The notes: generated from the sequence alone by a model not told the origin. Counted from the first letter of the stretch, positions 43,446-54,021 are shown. The stretch: 64,000 nt of DNA from Rhodanobacteraceae bacterium (GCA_016713135.1 JADJPR010000015.1:29080-93079), one strand, 5' to 3'. Made by a program: numbers and translations.

Positions 43446-43786
43446 GTGCACCTCGAAAGCTTGGAGACAGCGGGGAGGGAATCCGACGATACGCCGTTGC
43501 CGCCCGGTCGGCAGGGCGAGGGCGCCATCGGCATCGACGTCGCCGGCGACTATACGCCCGCGTATGGAGGGCAACAATGCAGGAGGCGGGTGAATCGCTG
43601 CTGACATTGGAGCCAATGCTCGAACTTGCTGCATTGCCGCAGAAACCGTCGATTCGTTAGACTTTGCCACACAATCGCCGCTCAAGTCCGCGATTCTGCG
43701 GGCCTTCCGTGCTAGTCTCCCGCCGTTTTCAGGCCGGGACGGGCGGCGTGCCCTCCCAACCATTCCTTTGACATGGAGTCGTCAAC

Positions 43787-44212
43787 ATGGCGCTCGAGCG
43801 CACTCTTTCCATCATCAAGCCCGATGCGGTCGCCAAGAACGTGATCGGCGAGATCTATTCCCGCTTCGAAAAGGCCGGTCTCAAGATCGTCGCCGCGCGC
43901 ATGCAGCAGCTGTCGCAGCGCGATGCCGAAGGTTTCTACGCGGTGCACCGCGAGCGCGGCTTCTTCAATGACCTGGTCAAGTTCATGGTCTCCGGTCCGG
44001 TGATGATCAGCGTGCTCGAAGGCGAGGGCGCGATCCTCAAGCACCGTGAGCTGATGGGCGCCACCGATCCGAAGAAGGCTGCGCCGGGCACCATCCGTGC
44101 CGACTTCGCCGAGTCGATCGACGCCAACGCCGTGCACGGTTCGGACGCGCCGGAAACCGCCGCGGTCGAGATCGCCTACTTCTTCCGCAGCAGCGAGCTC
44201 TGCCCGCGCTGA
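43787..44212 (+). CDS. ndk: Nucleoside diphosphate kinase
   Basis: [15 protein letters not shown]...NAVHGSD, 141 aa. Confidence 0.97.
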   Translation: MALERTLSIIKPDAVAKNVIGEIYSRFEKAGLKIVAARMQQLSQRDAEGFYAVHRERGFFNDLVKFMVSGPVMISVLEGEGAILKHRELMGATDPKKAAPGTIRADFAESIDANAVHGSDAPETAAVEIAYFFRSSELCPR

Positions 44213-44232
44213 GCACAGGACACGCCAGCCCC

Positions 44233-45345
44233 GTGGAGAACCAGACGCCACGCGTCAACCTGATGAACCTCGATCGCGAGGGGCTCGAGCATTTCTTCGA
44301 GTCCATCGGCGAGAAGCGCTACCGCGCGCATCAGTTGCTGAAGTGGATCTATCACCACGGGGTGACTGCGTTCGCCGACATGACCGATGTCGGCAAGAAG
44401 CTGCGCGACAAGCTGGAGGCGGCCGCCGAGATCCGGCCGCCGAAGGTGCTGTTCCAGAAGGTCAGCAGCGACGGCACCACCAAGTGGCTGATCGAACTCG
44501 ACGGCGGCAACGCGGTCGAGACGGTCTACATCCCGGAGCCCACCCGCGGCACCCTGTGCGTGTCCTCGCAGGTGGGCTGCTCGCTGAACTGCACCTTCTG
44601 CAGCACCGCCACCCAGGGCTTCAACCGCAACCTCTCCACCGCCGAGATCATCGGCCAGGTGTGGATCGCGGCGCGTGCGCTGGGTCACGACGCCAAGGAC
44701 AACCGGCGCCTGACCAATGTCGTGATGATGGGCATGGGCGAGCCGCTGCTGAATTTCGACAACGTCGTGCCGGCGATGAACCTGATGCGCGACGACCTCG
44801 GCTTCGGCCTCGCCAACAAGCGGGTCACGCTGAGCACCGCCGGCCTGGTGCCGGGAATCGACAAGCTCTCCGAGGTCTGCGACGTCAGCCTCGCGGTCAG
44901 CCTGCACGCGCCCACCGATGCCCTGCGCGAGCAACTCGTGCCGCTCAACAAGAAGTACCCGATCGCCGAGCTGATGGCCGCCTGCCAGCGCTACCTCAAG
45001 ACCCGCCCGCGCGCCTCGGTGACCTTCGAATACACCCTGATGAAGGGCATCAACGACGCCCCCGAGCATGCGCGCGCGCTGGTCAAGCTGCTGCGCCGGA
45101 TGCCGAGCAAGCTCAACCTGATTCCCTTCAACCCCTTCCCGGGCACGCGCTACGAGCGCTCGGACGACGACGCGATCCGCCGCTTCCAGACCATCGTCAT
45201 GGACGCCGGCCTGATCGCCACCGTGCGCCGCACCCGCGGCGACGACATCGATGCAGCCTGCGGGCAGCTGGTCGGCAATGTGCTTGACCGCACGCGCCGA
45301 AGCAGCCTGCACAAGACCGCGGTGGCCGCCGAGGTGCGCGCATGA
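44233..45345 (+). CDS. rlmN: 23S rRNA/tRNA m2A methyltransferase, radical SAM
   Basis: [21 protein letters not shown] (CxxxCxxC). MGMGEPL. C-terminal [12 protein letters not shown]. Confidence 0.93.
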   Translation: MENQTPRVNLMNLDREGLEHFFESIGEKRYRAHQLLKWIYHHGVTAFADMTDVGKKLRDKLEAAAEIRPPKVLFQKVSSDGTTKWLIELDGGNAVETVYIPEPTRGTLCVSSQVGCSLNCTFCSTATQGFNRNLSTAEIIGQVWIAARALGHDAKDNRRLTNVVMMGMGEPLLNFDNVVPAMNLMRDDLGFGLANKRVTLSTAGLVPGIDKLSEVCDVSLAVSLHAPTDALREQLVPLNKKYPIAELMAACQRYLKTRPRASVTFEYTLMKGINDAPEHARALVKLLRRMPSKLNLIPFNPFPGTRYERSDDDAIRRFQTIVMDAGLIATVRRTRGDDIDAACGQLVGNVLDRTRRSSLHKTAVAAEVRA

Positions 45346-46115
45346 GGAACTTCCGCTTCGGACTGGCTTCCGCCGCAATTGCAATCGCCTTGCTTGCTGG
45401 CTGCGCCACTGGTGGGGGTGGGCCGTTCATCGGGGGCGCCAGCTCGGAGAAGGCGCGCCAGAGCGCAGAGCTGCAGGTTCAGTTGGCGCAGGAGTACCTC
45501 AAGCGCGGCAAGCTGGAAGTGGCGCGCGACAAACTCAAGCGGGCGCTGGAACTGGACCCTTATTCAGCGCAGGCGCACACCGTCTCGGGCTATCTCAACG
45601 AGACCATTGGTGAGCGAGTGCAGGCCGAACTGCATTACAAGCGTGCCGTCGAAATCAAACCCAAGGACGGCGACATGGCGAACAACTACGCCGGTTTCCT
45701 CTGCCGCCAGGGGCGCTACGATGAGTCCGACGCGATGTTCCTGCGTGCCATTGCCGACCCGTTCTACAAGACACCCGAGGTGGCGCTGTCCAATGCCGGC
45801 ATCTGCGCCAAAGACGGAGGGCGCCTGGAACAGGCTGAGGCGTACCTGCGCGATGCGCTGGCGCGCAAGCCGGACTATGCCGGAGCACTGCTGCCGATGG
45901 CATCGGTGCTGTACGCGCGCCAGGATTTCCTGAAGGCGCGTGCCTTCATCCAACGCTATGAAGCAGGCCATCAGACCAGTCCAGAGGTGCTCTTCCTCGG
46001 CTGGCAGATCGAACAGGCGCTGGGCGACAAGCGCAGCGCCGATGACTATCGACGACGACTGATCGAAGGGTATCCGCGTTCACGCGAGGCCCTTTCGCTG
46101 GAGCAGCAGCCGTGA
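45342..46115 (+). CDS. pilW: Type IV pilus biogenesis/stability TPR lipoprotein PilW (PilF)
   Basis: Lipobox ALLAGC followed by TPR repeats. Conserved position after rlmN. Confidence 0.8.
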   Translation: MRNFRFGLASAAIAIALLAGCATGGGGPFIGGASSEKARQSAELQVQLAQEYLKRGKLEVARDKLKRALELDPYSAQAHTVSGYLNETIGERVQAELHYKRAVEIKPKDGDMANNYAGFLCRQGRYDESDAMFLRAIADPFYKTPEVALSNAGICAKDGGRLEQAEAYLRDALARKPDYAGALLPMASVLYARQDFLKARAFIQRYEAGHQTSPEVLFLGWQIEQALGDKRSADDYRRRLIEGYPRSREALSLEQQP

Positions 46116-46129
46116 GGCAGGAGCAGGAA

Positions 46130-47053
46130 ATGAATGCACCGACGGCGCATTCCGAGACCGCGCTGGATCTGGCGGAACTGGGGCAACGCCTGCAGCAGGG
46201 GCGGATTGCCGCCGGCTGGTCGCTGGACGATGTTGCGATGAAGCTGCATCTGCCGCTCGCCACGGTGAGTGACCTGGAGGCCGGTCGCAGTGAGCGTATC
46301 GGCACGCCGGTGTACCTGAAGGGTTTTCTGCGCAGCTACCTGAAGTTGCTTGCGCTCCCCGACGAGTGGGCCGACCTTGCATTGCGGGCGGCGCGCGCGG
46401 AGCACGCGCCACCGATCATGCCGGCCGCCGGAGCGGTCGCGCGCCGGGTGCCCTGGATCGAGCGCTACAAGTGGGCAGCCAGTTATGTGGTCGGGACTGC
46501 GCTGGCGCTGACCGCGGTGCACTGGCTGGTCAGCAACACACCACAACTCGGATTCCCGGATTCGCCGCGCCCGGCCAGCGTGGCGGTGCAGGTGCCCCCG
46601 CCGGCGTCCGAACTGACGGTCGCCGAGCCGCTGCCGCCGCCCTCGGCGGCCCTCACGGAGCCGGTTGCCGCGCCGCCGGCCGATGAGGTGCCGGTGATGG
46701 CCTCGCTGAATCCCTTTCGCGTGCCGGGCGCCGATGCGCCAGCAGCCGAGCCCCACTCACTGCTGACGCTGAGCTTCGAGCAAAAGAGCTGGGTGGACGT
46801 GCGCGACCAGAATGGCGAGAAGCTGGCCTTCCAGACCGTCGCCGCGGGCGAGAAGCGTACATTCAGCGTCGGCGCGCCATTCTCGGTGCTGATCGGCAAC
46901 GCGCGTGGCGTGCGCGCTGAAGTGCAGGGCAGCGCGTTGGACCTGGAACCCTATGTCCGTGGCAATGTCGCCAAGTTTGCGGTGGGCGCGGATGGCAGGC
47001 TCTCGGCACCGGTCGGGGCAGAACGGGCCAGCGCTGGCCGCGACGACGGCTGA
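46130..47053 (+). CDS. rodZ: Cytoskeleton protein RodZ (HTH plus TM plus DUF4115)
   Basis: HTH LGQRLQQGRIAAGWSLDDVAMKLHL. C-terminal SWVDVRDQNGEKL...G....SVG.P..VLIGNA (DUF4115). RBS ggagcagga precedes ATG 46130 (the ORF opens at GTG 46112). Confidence 0.85.
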   Translation: MNAPTAHSETALDLAELGQRLQQGRIAAGWSLDDVAMKLHLPLATVSDLEAGRSERIGTPVYLKGFLRSYLKLLALPDEWADLALRAARAEHAPPIMPAAGAVARRVPWIERYKWAASYVVGTALALTAVHWLVSNTPQLGFPDSPRPASVAVQVPPPASELTVAEPLPPPSAALTEPVAAPPADEVPVMASLNPFRVPGADAPAAEPHSLLTLSFEQKSWVDVRDQNGEKLAFQTVAAGEKRTFSVGAPFSVLIGNARGVRAEVQGSALDLEPYVRGNVAKFAVGADGRLSAPVGAERASAGRDDG

Positions 47054-47166
47054 GCGCGAAAGTTCTGCGCGGTGCCCGGCTCCGCCCGTCTTCGACGCCG
47101 GAGCGGGTTTCACGAAATCGAATGCAATCAAGCAACCCAACAACCCGGATGGGCAGGATCTGAGCA

Positions 47167-47913
47167 ATGGCTGACGACATCATCGATGCGCATGAGCAAA
47201 GCGAACGTGCGCGCCAGTGGCTGCAAAAGAACGGCAGCTCCATCGTCATCGGCATTCTGCTGGGTCTTGCGGTACTGCTCGGTTGGCAGCGCTGGCAGCA
47301 GTCCGGCGTGAACCACCGCGCCGAGGCGCTGGTGAAGTTCGACGACCTGCAGGCCGCGGTGGACAAGGACGACAAGGAGCTCGCCAGCAAGCTGGTAGAG
47401 GACCTGCGCAAGAACTACGCGGATACCACTCACGCCGCGCTCGGCGCGCTCGAACTGGCGGAGATGCAGCTCAAGGGCGGACAGGTGCCCGAGGCCGAGT
47501 CCTCGCTGCGTTTCGTCGTCGACAATGCGCAGACCGACTCGCTGCGTGCGATCGCCTCCCTGCGCCTGGCGCGCGTGCTTCTGGCGCGCGGTGAAGCCCA
47601 GTCGGCACTGGATGCGCTCAAGCCGATCGCGGTGGAACATTATGTTGCTGAGCGCAATGAGGTCCGCGGCGACGCATTGCTGGCATTGGGAAAGAACAAT
47701 GACGCGCTGAAGGCTTACAACGACGCGCTCGCGGCGATGGACGTGGCGGCCCAGGCGCGCCGCACGCTGGAAGCCAAGCGCGACGACCTGGCCGCAGGTG
47801 GTGCGCCGGCGACCGCCGCAGCCCCCGCGGCAGCTGTCGCCCCCGCAGCCCCGGCTGCGATCGAACCTGCCGCCGCGCCTGCAGCTGCGGCCGAAGCGCC
47901 GGAGCAAGGCTGA
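47167..47913 (+). CDS. YfgM-like membrane-anchored TPR protein
   Basis: N-terminal TM helix IVIGILLGLAVLLGW, then a helical TPR-like region and an Ala/Pro tail. Sits directly upstream of bamB, as yfgM does in E. coli. Confidence 0.75.
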   Translation: MADDIIDAHEQSERARQWLQKNGSSIVIGILLGLAVLLGWQRWQQSGVNHRAEALVKFDDLQAAVDKDDKELASKLVEDLRKNYADTTHAALGALELAEMQLKGGQVPEAESSLRFVVDNAQTDSLRAIASLRLARVLLARGEAQSALDALKPIAVEHYVAERNEVRGDALLALGKNNDALKAYNDALAAMDVAAQARRTLEAKRDDLAAGGAPATAAAPAAAVAPAAPAAIEPAAAPAAAAEAPEQG

Positions 47914-49067
47914 TGCGGATGCGCACCGGATTCTGGGCGGCCTTGCTGGCCGCGGGACTGCTCGCTGGCTGCGCCGGCGACAGCGCGAAAAAGGAAAACA
48001 TCGAGCCGCCGACCGAACTGGTCGATTTCGCTCCCACGGTGTCGGTCCAGCGGTTGTGGTCGACCTCCGTCGACGGCGGCGCAGGCGTCAGCGGCGCCAG
48101 CCTGGCCCCTGCAGTGGCAGGCGGCCGCGTCTACGTCGCCGGGATCGAGGGCGAACTGGCAGCACTGGATGCAGGCAGTGGCAAGCGCTTGTGGGGCATC
48201 GACGGCGCGCCGTTCAGCGGCGGCCCCGGCGCCAGCGACCGGCTGGTCGTGGTCGGCACCATCGATGGCGAAGTCATTGCGCTCGATGCGGAAGCCGGTT
48301 CCGAGGTTTGGCGCCAGCGCGTGTCGTCCGAAGTGATCACGCCGCCGGTGGTGGATGGCGACATGGTCGTGGTGACCACCAACGACGGCCGCACACGTGC
48401 CATGAAGGCCAGCGACGGCAGCCAGATGTGGGCGGTGGACCGCGGTGTGCCGATGCTCAGCCTGCGCGGCAACGCGGCGCCGATCGTGGCCGGCGGTTTC
48501 GTGGTCGTCGGCGGCGCCAACGGCACGGTCAGCGCGGTGTCGGCCAGCGAAGGTCGCCCGCTGTGGGAGCAGCGCATCGGCGTCGGCGAGGGCCGCACCG
48601 ACCTGGAACGCATGATCGACGTCGATGGCCGGATGGCGGTGCTCAACGGCGATCTGTTCGTCGCCGGTTACGAGTCTGGCGCGCAGGCGCTGACCCTCGA
48701 TGGCGGCCGCACACTGTGGCAGCGCGAGATGTCCTCGGTGGCCGGCCTTGCCGTCGGCAACGATGCCGTTTTCGTCGCCGCGACCGATGGCGCGGTGTGG
48801 TCGCTCGACCGCCGCAGCGGCGGCGCACTGTGGAAGACCGAGAAGCTGCTGCACCGCATGCTCTCGGCGCCGGTTCTGATGGGCGACTATGTCGTCATCG
48901 GCGATCTCGAAGGCTATCTGCACTGGCTGAACCGCAGCGACGGCGAGTTCGCCGCGCGCACCCAGTTGGGCGACTCCGGCTTTGGTGATGGCCTGGTGGT
49001 GGTCGACGGCGTGCTCTACGCGCAGAACCGCGATGGGTCGGTGGGCGCGTTCCGGCTGGGCCAATAA
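47913..49067 (+). CDS. bamB: Outer membrane protein assembly factor BamB
   Basis: Lipobox LLAGC. Eight PQQ-like beta-propeller repeats (G.V.ALDA..G...W). Start shares one base (47913) with the yfgM-like stop. Confidence 0.9.
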   Translation: MRMRTGFWAALLAAGLLAGCAGDSAKKENIEPPTELVDFAPTVSVQRLWSTSVDGGAGVSGASLAPAVAGGRVYVAGIEGELAALDAGSGKRLWGIDGAPFSGGPGASDRLVVVGTIDGEVIALDAEAGSEVWRQRVSSEVITPPVVDGDMVVVTTNDGRTRAMKASDGSQMWAVDRGVPMLSLRGNAAPIVAGGFVVVGGANGTVSAVSASEGRPLWEQRIGVGEGRTDLERMIDVDGRMAVLNGDLFVAGYESGAQALTLDGGRTLWQREMSSVAGLAVGNDAVFVAATDGAVWSLDRRSGGALWKTEKLLHRMLSAPVLMGDYVVIGDLEGYLHWLNRSDGEFAARTQLGDSGFGDGLVVVDGVLYAQNRDGSVGAFRLGQ

Positions 49068-49112
49068 GAACCGCTGGGTGAGTTGACGCAAGGCTGATTC
49101 GATCAGTCAAAT

Positions 49113-49206
49113 GCGGGGCAGGGGGCAGGGGGCAGGAGACCGGGCTTCGCCGCATGGTTGAACCGTGCTGCGAGTTTCGTCCCTTGCCCCCTGACCCCTT
49201 CCCCGC
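49113..49206. repeat. Family-B element B3 (short core)
   Basis: Left arm gcggggcagggggcagggggcagga (49113-49137). Right arm tcccttgccccctgaccccttccccgc (49180-49206). Confidence 0.88.
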
Positions 49207-49242
49207 TTTCTCAGGCCGTCCCGCTTACCCTTTAGGTGATCC

Positions 49243-50631
49243 ATGTTGCCCGTCGTTGCACTGGTCGGCCGCCCGAATGTCGGCAAGTCCACCCTCTACA
49301 ACTCGCTGACCAAGAGCCGCGACGCTATCGTCTCGGACATGCCGGGCGTCACGCGCGACCGCCTGTTCGGCATCTGCCGCCGCGGCGAGCGGCCATTCAT
49401 GGTGGTCGATACCGCCGGCCTGACCGAGAACGAGGACGTCCTCGCGAAGGGCATGGCGGCGCAGTCCTGGCAGGCCATCGAAGAGTCCGACCTGGTCTGC
49501 CTGGTGGTCGACGCGCGCGATGGCATCAACCCGGATGACCTGGAGATTGCCCAGCGCATCCGTACCACTGGCCGGCCGATGCTGCTGGTGGTGAACAAGA
49601 TCGACGGCGTCAACGAAGACAATGTGCGCGCGGAATTCTCGCGCCTGGGGATTGCCGGCACGCTGCTGATCTCGGCGGCCCACAACCAGGGCATCGCCGA
49701 TTTCGTCGAGGAAGTGTTGACGCGCCTGCCGGCGGATTCGGTCGAGCCAGAGGCCGACGATGGTGTCATCCGCATCGCGATCATCGGCCGCCCGAATGTG
49801 GGCAAGTCGACCCTGGTCAACCGCCTGCTCGGCGAAGAACGGGTGCTGGCGATGGACCTGCCCGGCACCACCCGCGATGCGGTGCGTGTGCCGCTGGAGC
49901 GCGATGGGCGCAAGTACCGGCTGATCGACACCGCCGGCATCCGGCGCAAGGCGCGGGTGGGCGAGGGCGTCGAGAAGTTCAGCGTGATCAAGGCGCTGCA
50001 GGCGGCGGTCGAGGCGCATGTGGTGATTCTGATGCTGGATGCGCAGCAGGGCTTCGCCGATCAGGACGCACACCTGCTCGGCGAGATCGTCGAGGCTGGC
50101 CGCGGCCTGGTGCTGGCGATGAACAAGTGGGATGGCCTCTCCGTGCGCGAGCGCACCCAGGTGAATTCGCGCCTGGACTGGGGCTTGTCCTTCGTCAATT
50201 TCGCCAAGCGTCTGCCGATCTCCGCGCTGCACGGCTCCGGCCTCGGCGAACTGATGAAGGCAGTCAACCAGGCGCACAAGGCGGCGACCCGCGAGTTCTC
50301 CGCAAACGAACTGACCAAGGCGATCAACGAGGCCTTCGAGAAGCACCAGCCGCCGATGGTGCGCGGCCGCGTGGCGAAGATGCGCTACGCCCACCAGGGC
50401 GGCCGCAATCCGCCGCGCGTGATCATCCACGGCTCACGCCTGAAGGATTTGCCGGACGCCTACAAGCGCTACCTGGAAAACTCCCTGCGCGACAAGTTCC
50501 GCCTCACCGGCACCCCGCTCGCACTGGAATTCCGTGAAGGCGCCAACCCCTACGCCGACAAGAAGAACGTCCTCACCCCACGCCAGGTCGAGAAGCGCAA
50601 GCGGCTGATGCGGCATGTGAAGAAGGGGTAG
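49243..50631 (+). CDS. der: Ribosome-associated GTPase Der (EngA)
   Basis: Two G domains, each with GRPNVGKST, plus a KH-like C-terminus. Confidence 0.96.
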   Translation: MLPVVALVGRPNVGKSTLYNSLTKSRDAIVSDMPGVTRDRLFGICRRGERPFMVVDTAGLTENEDVLAKGMAAQSWQAIEESDLVCLVVDARDGINPDDLEIAQRIRTTGRPMLLVVNKIDGVNEDNVRAEFSRLGIAGTLLISAAHNQGIADFVEEVLTRLPADSVEPEADDGVIRIAIIGRPNVGKSTLVNRLLGEERVLAMDLPGTTRDAVRVPLERDGRKYRLIDTAGIRRKARVGEGVEKFSVIKALQAAVEAHVVILMLDAQQGFADQDAHLLGEIVEAGRGLVLAMNKWDGLSVRERTQVNSRLDWGLSFVNFAKRLPISALHGSGLGELMKAVNQAHKAATREFSANELTKAINEAFEKHQPPMVRGRVAKMRYAHQGGRNPPRVIIHGSRLKDLPDAYKRYLENSLRDKFRLTGTPLALEFREGANPYADKKNVLTPRQVEKRKRLMRHVKKG

Positions 50632-50825
50632 GGCGTCAGGAGGGCACGAGGGCACGCCAAGACCTTATCCCAGATCCAGCCTCGCACACTGCGGGAGTGG
50701 TTGGAAAGTCAGCACAATCAGTTACTTGCAATGGTTCCCGAGATCGCGAGCCTTTTCGGCCCTCGCGCCCTCGCGCCCTCGCGCCCTCGCGCCCTCGCGC
50801 CCTCGCGCCCTCGCGCCCTCGCGCC
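50631..50825. repeat. Family-D element D2: 2 GAGGGCAC units, conserved core, 8 CCCTCGCG units
   Basis: ggagggcacgagggcacg (50639-50656). Core 50657-50757 is homologous to D1. (ccctcgcg)x8 spans 50760-50825 and abuts the stop (50826-50828) of the convergent BNR gene. The left end touches the der stop. Confidence 0.92.
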
Positions 50826-53800
50826 TTACCCCGGCGGCACCACCACCAAATCCCGCTGCTGTGCATCCTGGACGCGCAGGCGCAGGTCCTTGGCGCCGGT
50901 GGGGCCATAGGTGGGCTGGGACAGGACCCGCACGCTGGTGCTGTGCGGGGTGGCGAGGCAAAAGGCGGCGAAACCCGACACACCCCCGAATGGATGCGGG
51001 GCGTGATAGCCACCGACGACGGCGCCGCCCTGGAAGCCACCGCCAGGCCGGTCGACGAAGCTGGTACTCAAGGCAAAGTAGAACTGGCCCTCCGGGTCGC
51101 CACCAGCGCTGCCGCTGGTTGGAGCGACGGTGACCTCGTAAAAACCCGGCGGCAGGTCGATGCTGGTGCTGTAGGCGGCCTGCAGCGAGATCGTCGCAGT
51201 CGTGTCGAGCATGCTGACGATGGTGGTGGCATCTGGTCGCCGCGAAATTCGCACGCGCACCGGGAGGCTGGCGCTGCTGCTGGTCGCCGGACTGCCGCCC
51301 AGATTCAGATTGAGACGTTGGTTCTCGTTGGCGGCGTTGGCAATGGTGAATCCGGCGAATCCCACCTGGCCAGCATCGATGAGACCGCCGAAGTTCAAGC
51401 CACCCGCGAGTACCCGGGTGCCTGGCGCGTCGAGCACGAGTTCCACCCCGAACGCACCGGGCCTCAACCCGGCGCCGGGGCCATCGTCCACCACGGCGGA
51501 GAAGAATCCGGCCGGGCAACTGGCATTCGGCGGATTCGGCGTCGGCAAGGCGTAGCGGTCGAGGCGCGGCTCGTCGGTCGGGCCGGTGACCACCACTGCA
51601 CCGGCGACCGCGAAGTCCCAGATGCCGCGGCCATAGGTGGCAAAGCGTGCCACGCCGAGCGCGTCGATGTAGTCGACATCGGTGTAGTGCTGGTTCGGCG
51701 CACCGGCGCTGACCAGGTCCACCCACTGCTGCGCCGCCGCATCGTAGTAGAAGGCACCCAGCCGCGCGGAGGCGAACAGGTGGCGGCCGTCCTGCGAGAT
51801 CGCGAGGCGCGTGATGAGCGTGCTCGGCAGTCCGTTCGCCATCGGTGCGAAAGTCACGCCGCCATCGTTCGACACGAATACCGCGGGGTTGCTGTAGCCC
51901 GCGCCGGCCACGTAGATGCGGCCCGGGCGGCTGGGGTCGAGCAGGATGTCGGTTCCGCGAAAGGTGGTGACGTTGGGGCCGACGGGCGTGACTGTGGAGT
52001 AGGGCGCGCCTGCCTCGGAGGTCCAGAACCGTCCGGCGGTGTCGAGCACGTGGCGGATCGCCGGATTGGCGCCGTATGCGACCGCGCCGATCGCGGTCGG
52101 GAAGGACTGTGGGTCGGCGACGTGGGTGATGCTGCCGTTGGCCAGGGTCAGTTCGACCACCTGGTGATGGCTGCCCTCGCCGAAGCGGCCGCCGGCGAGC
52201 AGCGCGCGGTTTGGCTGTCCCGGCATCGCCGCCAGCGCAGGAATGAACTCGAAGCCTGCGAGGCCGTTGTCGCTGAAATCCCAGCGCGGCAGTGCGCCGC
52301 GGCCCGGCGTGGTGGTGGCGGTGTCGACCATCGCAAAGCCGGGATAGACCATCCACACGGTGTTGCCGCCATCGGTCGAAGTCAGCGAGCCGTAATCGCC
52401 GCTGATGGTCTGCTCCATCGGCAACACGCCACTGGTGGGCGGGTCGAAGGCGCGCTGGTAGCCCTGGTCCTGAGCCCCGGCCATCAGCGTGTGCGGCGCA
52501 CTGCGACGGGTGTAGCTGGCGTAGTACTGGCCGACGTTGAGCCCGGACGTCAGGCTCTGGTTGACCACGCTCAGGGCGTAGTCGTCCGAGCGGTAGGTGC
52601 CGCCGTCGGTCGAGATCCAGGTGGTTTCCATTCCCGCCGCATCGCGGATGATGTCGATGTCCATGATGTCGGCGTGCAGTCGGTCGGCCGGGCGCGGGTA
52701 GTAGTCCGGCCAGTTGCTGACCTGCTGGAAGCTCAGGCCACCATCGGCCGAGCGGAACAGGTTGACGCCACCGACCAGCAGCAGGTTCGGGTCGCGCGTC
52801 GAGGACTCGGCGGAGTCGGTCGCGAACAGCCTGGTCGCCGCGCTGCCGCGGAACTCGAAGCTGGCGCCACCGTCGAGCGAGCGCCACACCTGGGTGTCGT
52901 TCTCGGCGTTGCGGCTGTGCAGCACGTAGAGGAAGGTCTGGCCGCCGGCCGTCACGCCGCCGGTCATGGTCAGCACGTCGGCCTCGGCCACCGTTGCCAG
53001 GGGCAGCGTGGAGACCGGCTGCAGCGCGTGCGAGCCCGCGACGATGCGCTGCAACTGGTTGCCCGTGAGCAGGTAGACCTCGCTCGAATCGTGGCGCGGA
53101 GAGAACAACTCGCTGTGGTTGCGCGCGCCGACATGACCCAGGTCGCGGAAGAAGCCGCCGGCATCGGTGGAGTACCACAGCCGCGCACGCCAGTTGCGCG
53201 CGGTGAAGTCGTACTCGACGCGCAGCAGGTAGACGTCTGCACTCGTCGGCTCGCGGGTTTCCAGGTCGCGGATGTACCAGACATTGGTGGCCGACAGGCC
53301 GCTGGCCTGCTCGTAGCTGCTGCCCCAGTTGTCGCTGGTGAAAAAGCCGAGCACATCGCCGGCCGACGGGACCAGCAGGCGGTCGCTGCCGTTGCGGACC
53401 ACCCGGTCGATCTGGCGCGCCTGCGGGAAGGTGGCGCTGTCATTGGGTGAAACGAAGCCCTGCGCGCCGCCCAGCCAGACATTGCCGCCATGCGCCATCA
53501 CCACCCCGCGCTGGCCGGCGACATCGCGGATATAGCCGACGGTGCGCCCCGACTGGTTGCTGCTGCCGCGCTCGCGCCAGACGCCGCTGATTGCTGGCGA
53601 TTCGAAGCGCTTGAGCGACTGCGGATCTGCGCCGGCGCCCAGCTTCTGGCTGCGTTCCATCTGGTGCCGGCGCATGCGTTCGCCGCGGTAGACCGCATCC
53701 AGCGCACGTGGATCCACCCCCGGCGCGGCGACCAGCATGCTGTCCATCCAACGCTGGCGCCATTCGCCGAAACCCTCGCCCTGTTCCCCGGGTTCGCGAT

Positions 53801-53906
53801 CGAGCGGCGCGGGCAAGTCGCTGGCTGCCTGCTGCGGCGTGCGCAGGGTCAGCCCCAGGGCGACTGCCAGGCCGAGCAGGAGAGCAGCAATTCGGGTGCG
53901 TCGCAT
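50826..53906 (-). CDS. Large secreted BNR/Asp-box beta-propeller protein (Sortilin/xyloglucanase-like) with C-terminal extension
   Basis: Signal peptide MRRTRIAALLLGLAVALGL. Asp-box motifs SLDGGASF, SADGGLSF, STDGGTY, STDGGNTVW, SNDGGVTF. 1026 aa. Confidence 0.8.
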   Translation of the reverse strand: MRRTRIAALLLGLAVALGLTLRTPQQAASDLPAPLDREPGEQGEGFGEWRQRWMDSMLVAAPGVDPRALDAVYRGERMRRHQMERSQKLGAGADPQSLKRFESPAISGVWRERGSSNQSGRTVGYIRDVAGQRGVVMAHGGNVWLGGAQGFVSPNDSATFPQARQIDRVVRNGSDRLLVPSAGDVLGFFTSDNWGSSYEQASGLSATNVWYIRDLETREPTSADVYLLRVEYDFTARNWRARLWYSTDAGGFFRDLGHVGARNHSELFSPRHDSSEVYLLTGNQLQRIVAGSHALQPVSTLPLATVAEADVLTMTGGVTAGGQTFLYVLHSRNAENDTQVWRSLDGGASFEFRGSAATRLFATDSAESSTRDPNLLLVGGVNLFRSADGGLSFQQVSNWPDYYPRPADRLHADIMDIDIIRDAAGMETTWISTDGGTYRSDDYALSVVNQSLTSGLNVGQYYASYTRRSAPHTLMAGAQDQGYQRAFDPPTSGVLPMEQTISGDYGSLTSTDGGNTVWMVYPGFAMVDTATTTPGRGALPRWDFSDNGLAGFEFIPALAAMPGQPNRALLAGGRFGEGSHHQVVELTLANGSITHVADPQSFPTAIGAVAYGANPAIRHVLDTAGRFWTSEAGAPYSTVTPVGPNVTTFRGTDILLDPSRPGRIYVAGAGYSNPAVFVSNDGGVTFAPMANGLPSTLITRLAISQDGRHLFASARLGAFYYDAAAQQWVDLVSAGAPNQHYTDVDYIDALGVARFATYGRGIWDFAVAGAVVVTGPTDEPRLDRYALPTPNPPNASCPAGFFSAVVDDGPGAGLRPGAFGVELVLDAPGTRVLAGGLNFGGLIDAGQVGFAGFTIANAANENQRLNLNLGGSPATSSSASLPVRVRISRRPDATTIVSMLDTTATISLQAAYSTSIDLPPGFYEVTVAPTSGSAGGDPEGQFYFALSTSFVDRPGGGFQGGAVVGGYHAPHPFGGVSGFAAFCLATPHSTSVRVLSQPTYGPTGAKDLRLRVQDAQQRDLVVVPPG

Positions 53907-54021
53907 GGACCTGTGTCCAGTCGGCTACAACTGCGGAGGCGCGAGCATATCCCGTTGGATCTCCCCACCCTACGCGTTCGCATGACGCGAAATGTCGAAA
54001 TCCGTCCGGACAGCAACTCTT

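Noticed and set aside
39666-43763. Single 1365-aa ORF spanning fadA, repeat G1 and the fadB-like gene
   Set aside because: It is a chimera created by the frameshift at 41464-41466 plus an intergenic region free of stop codons. Homology shows two separate genes (fadA 39666..40862, fadB-like 41069..43445) and a non-coding spacer.
50758-50825. Possible CRISPR or other spaced-repeat array (eight CCCTCGCG units; also the eleven heptamers at 34717-34796)
   Set aside because: The units are 7-8 nt and directly tandem, with no spacers. No cas genes are present. They are arms of inverted-repeat elements.
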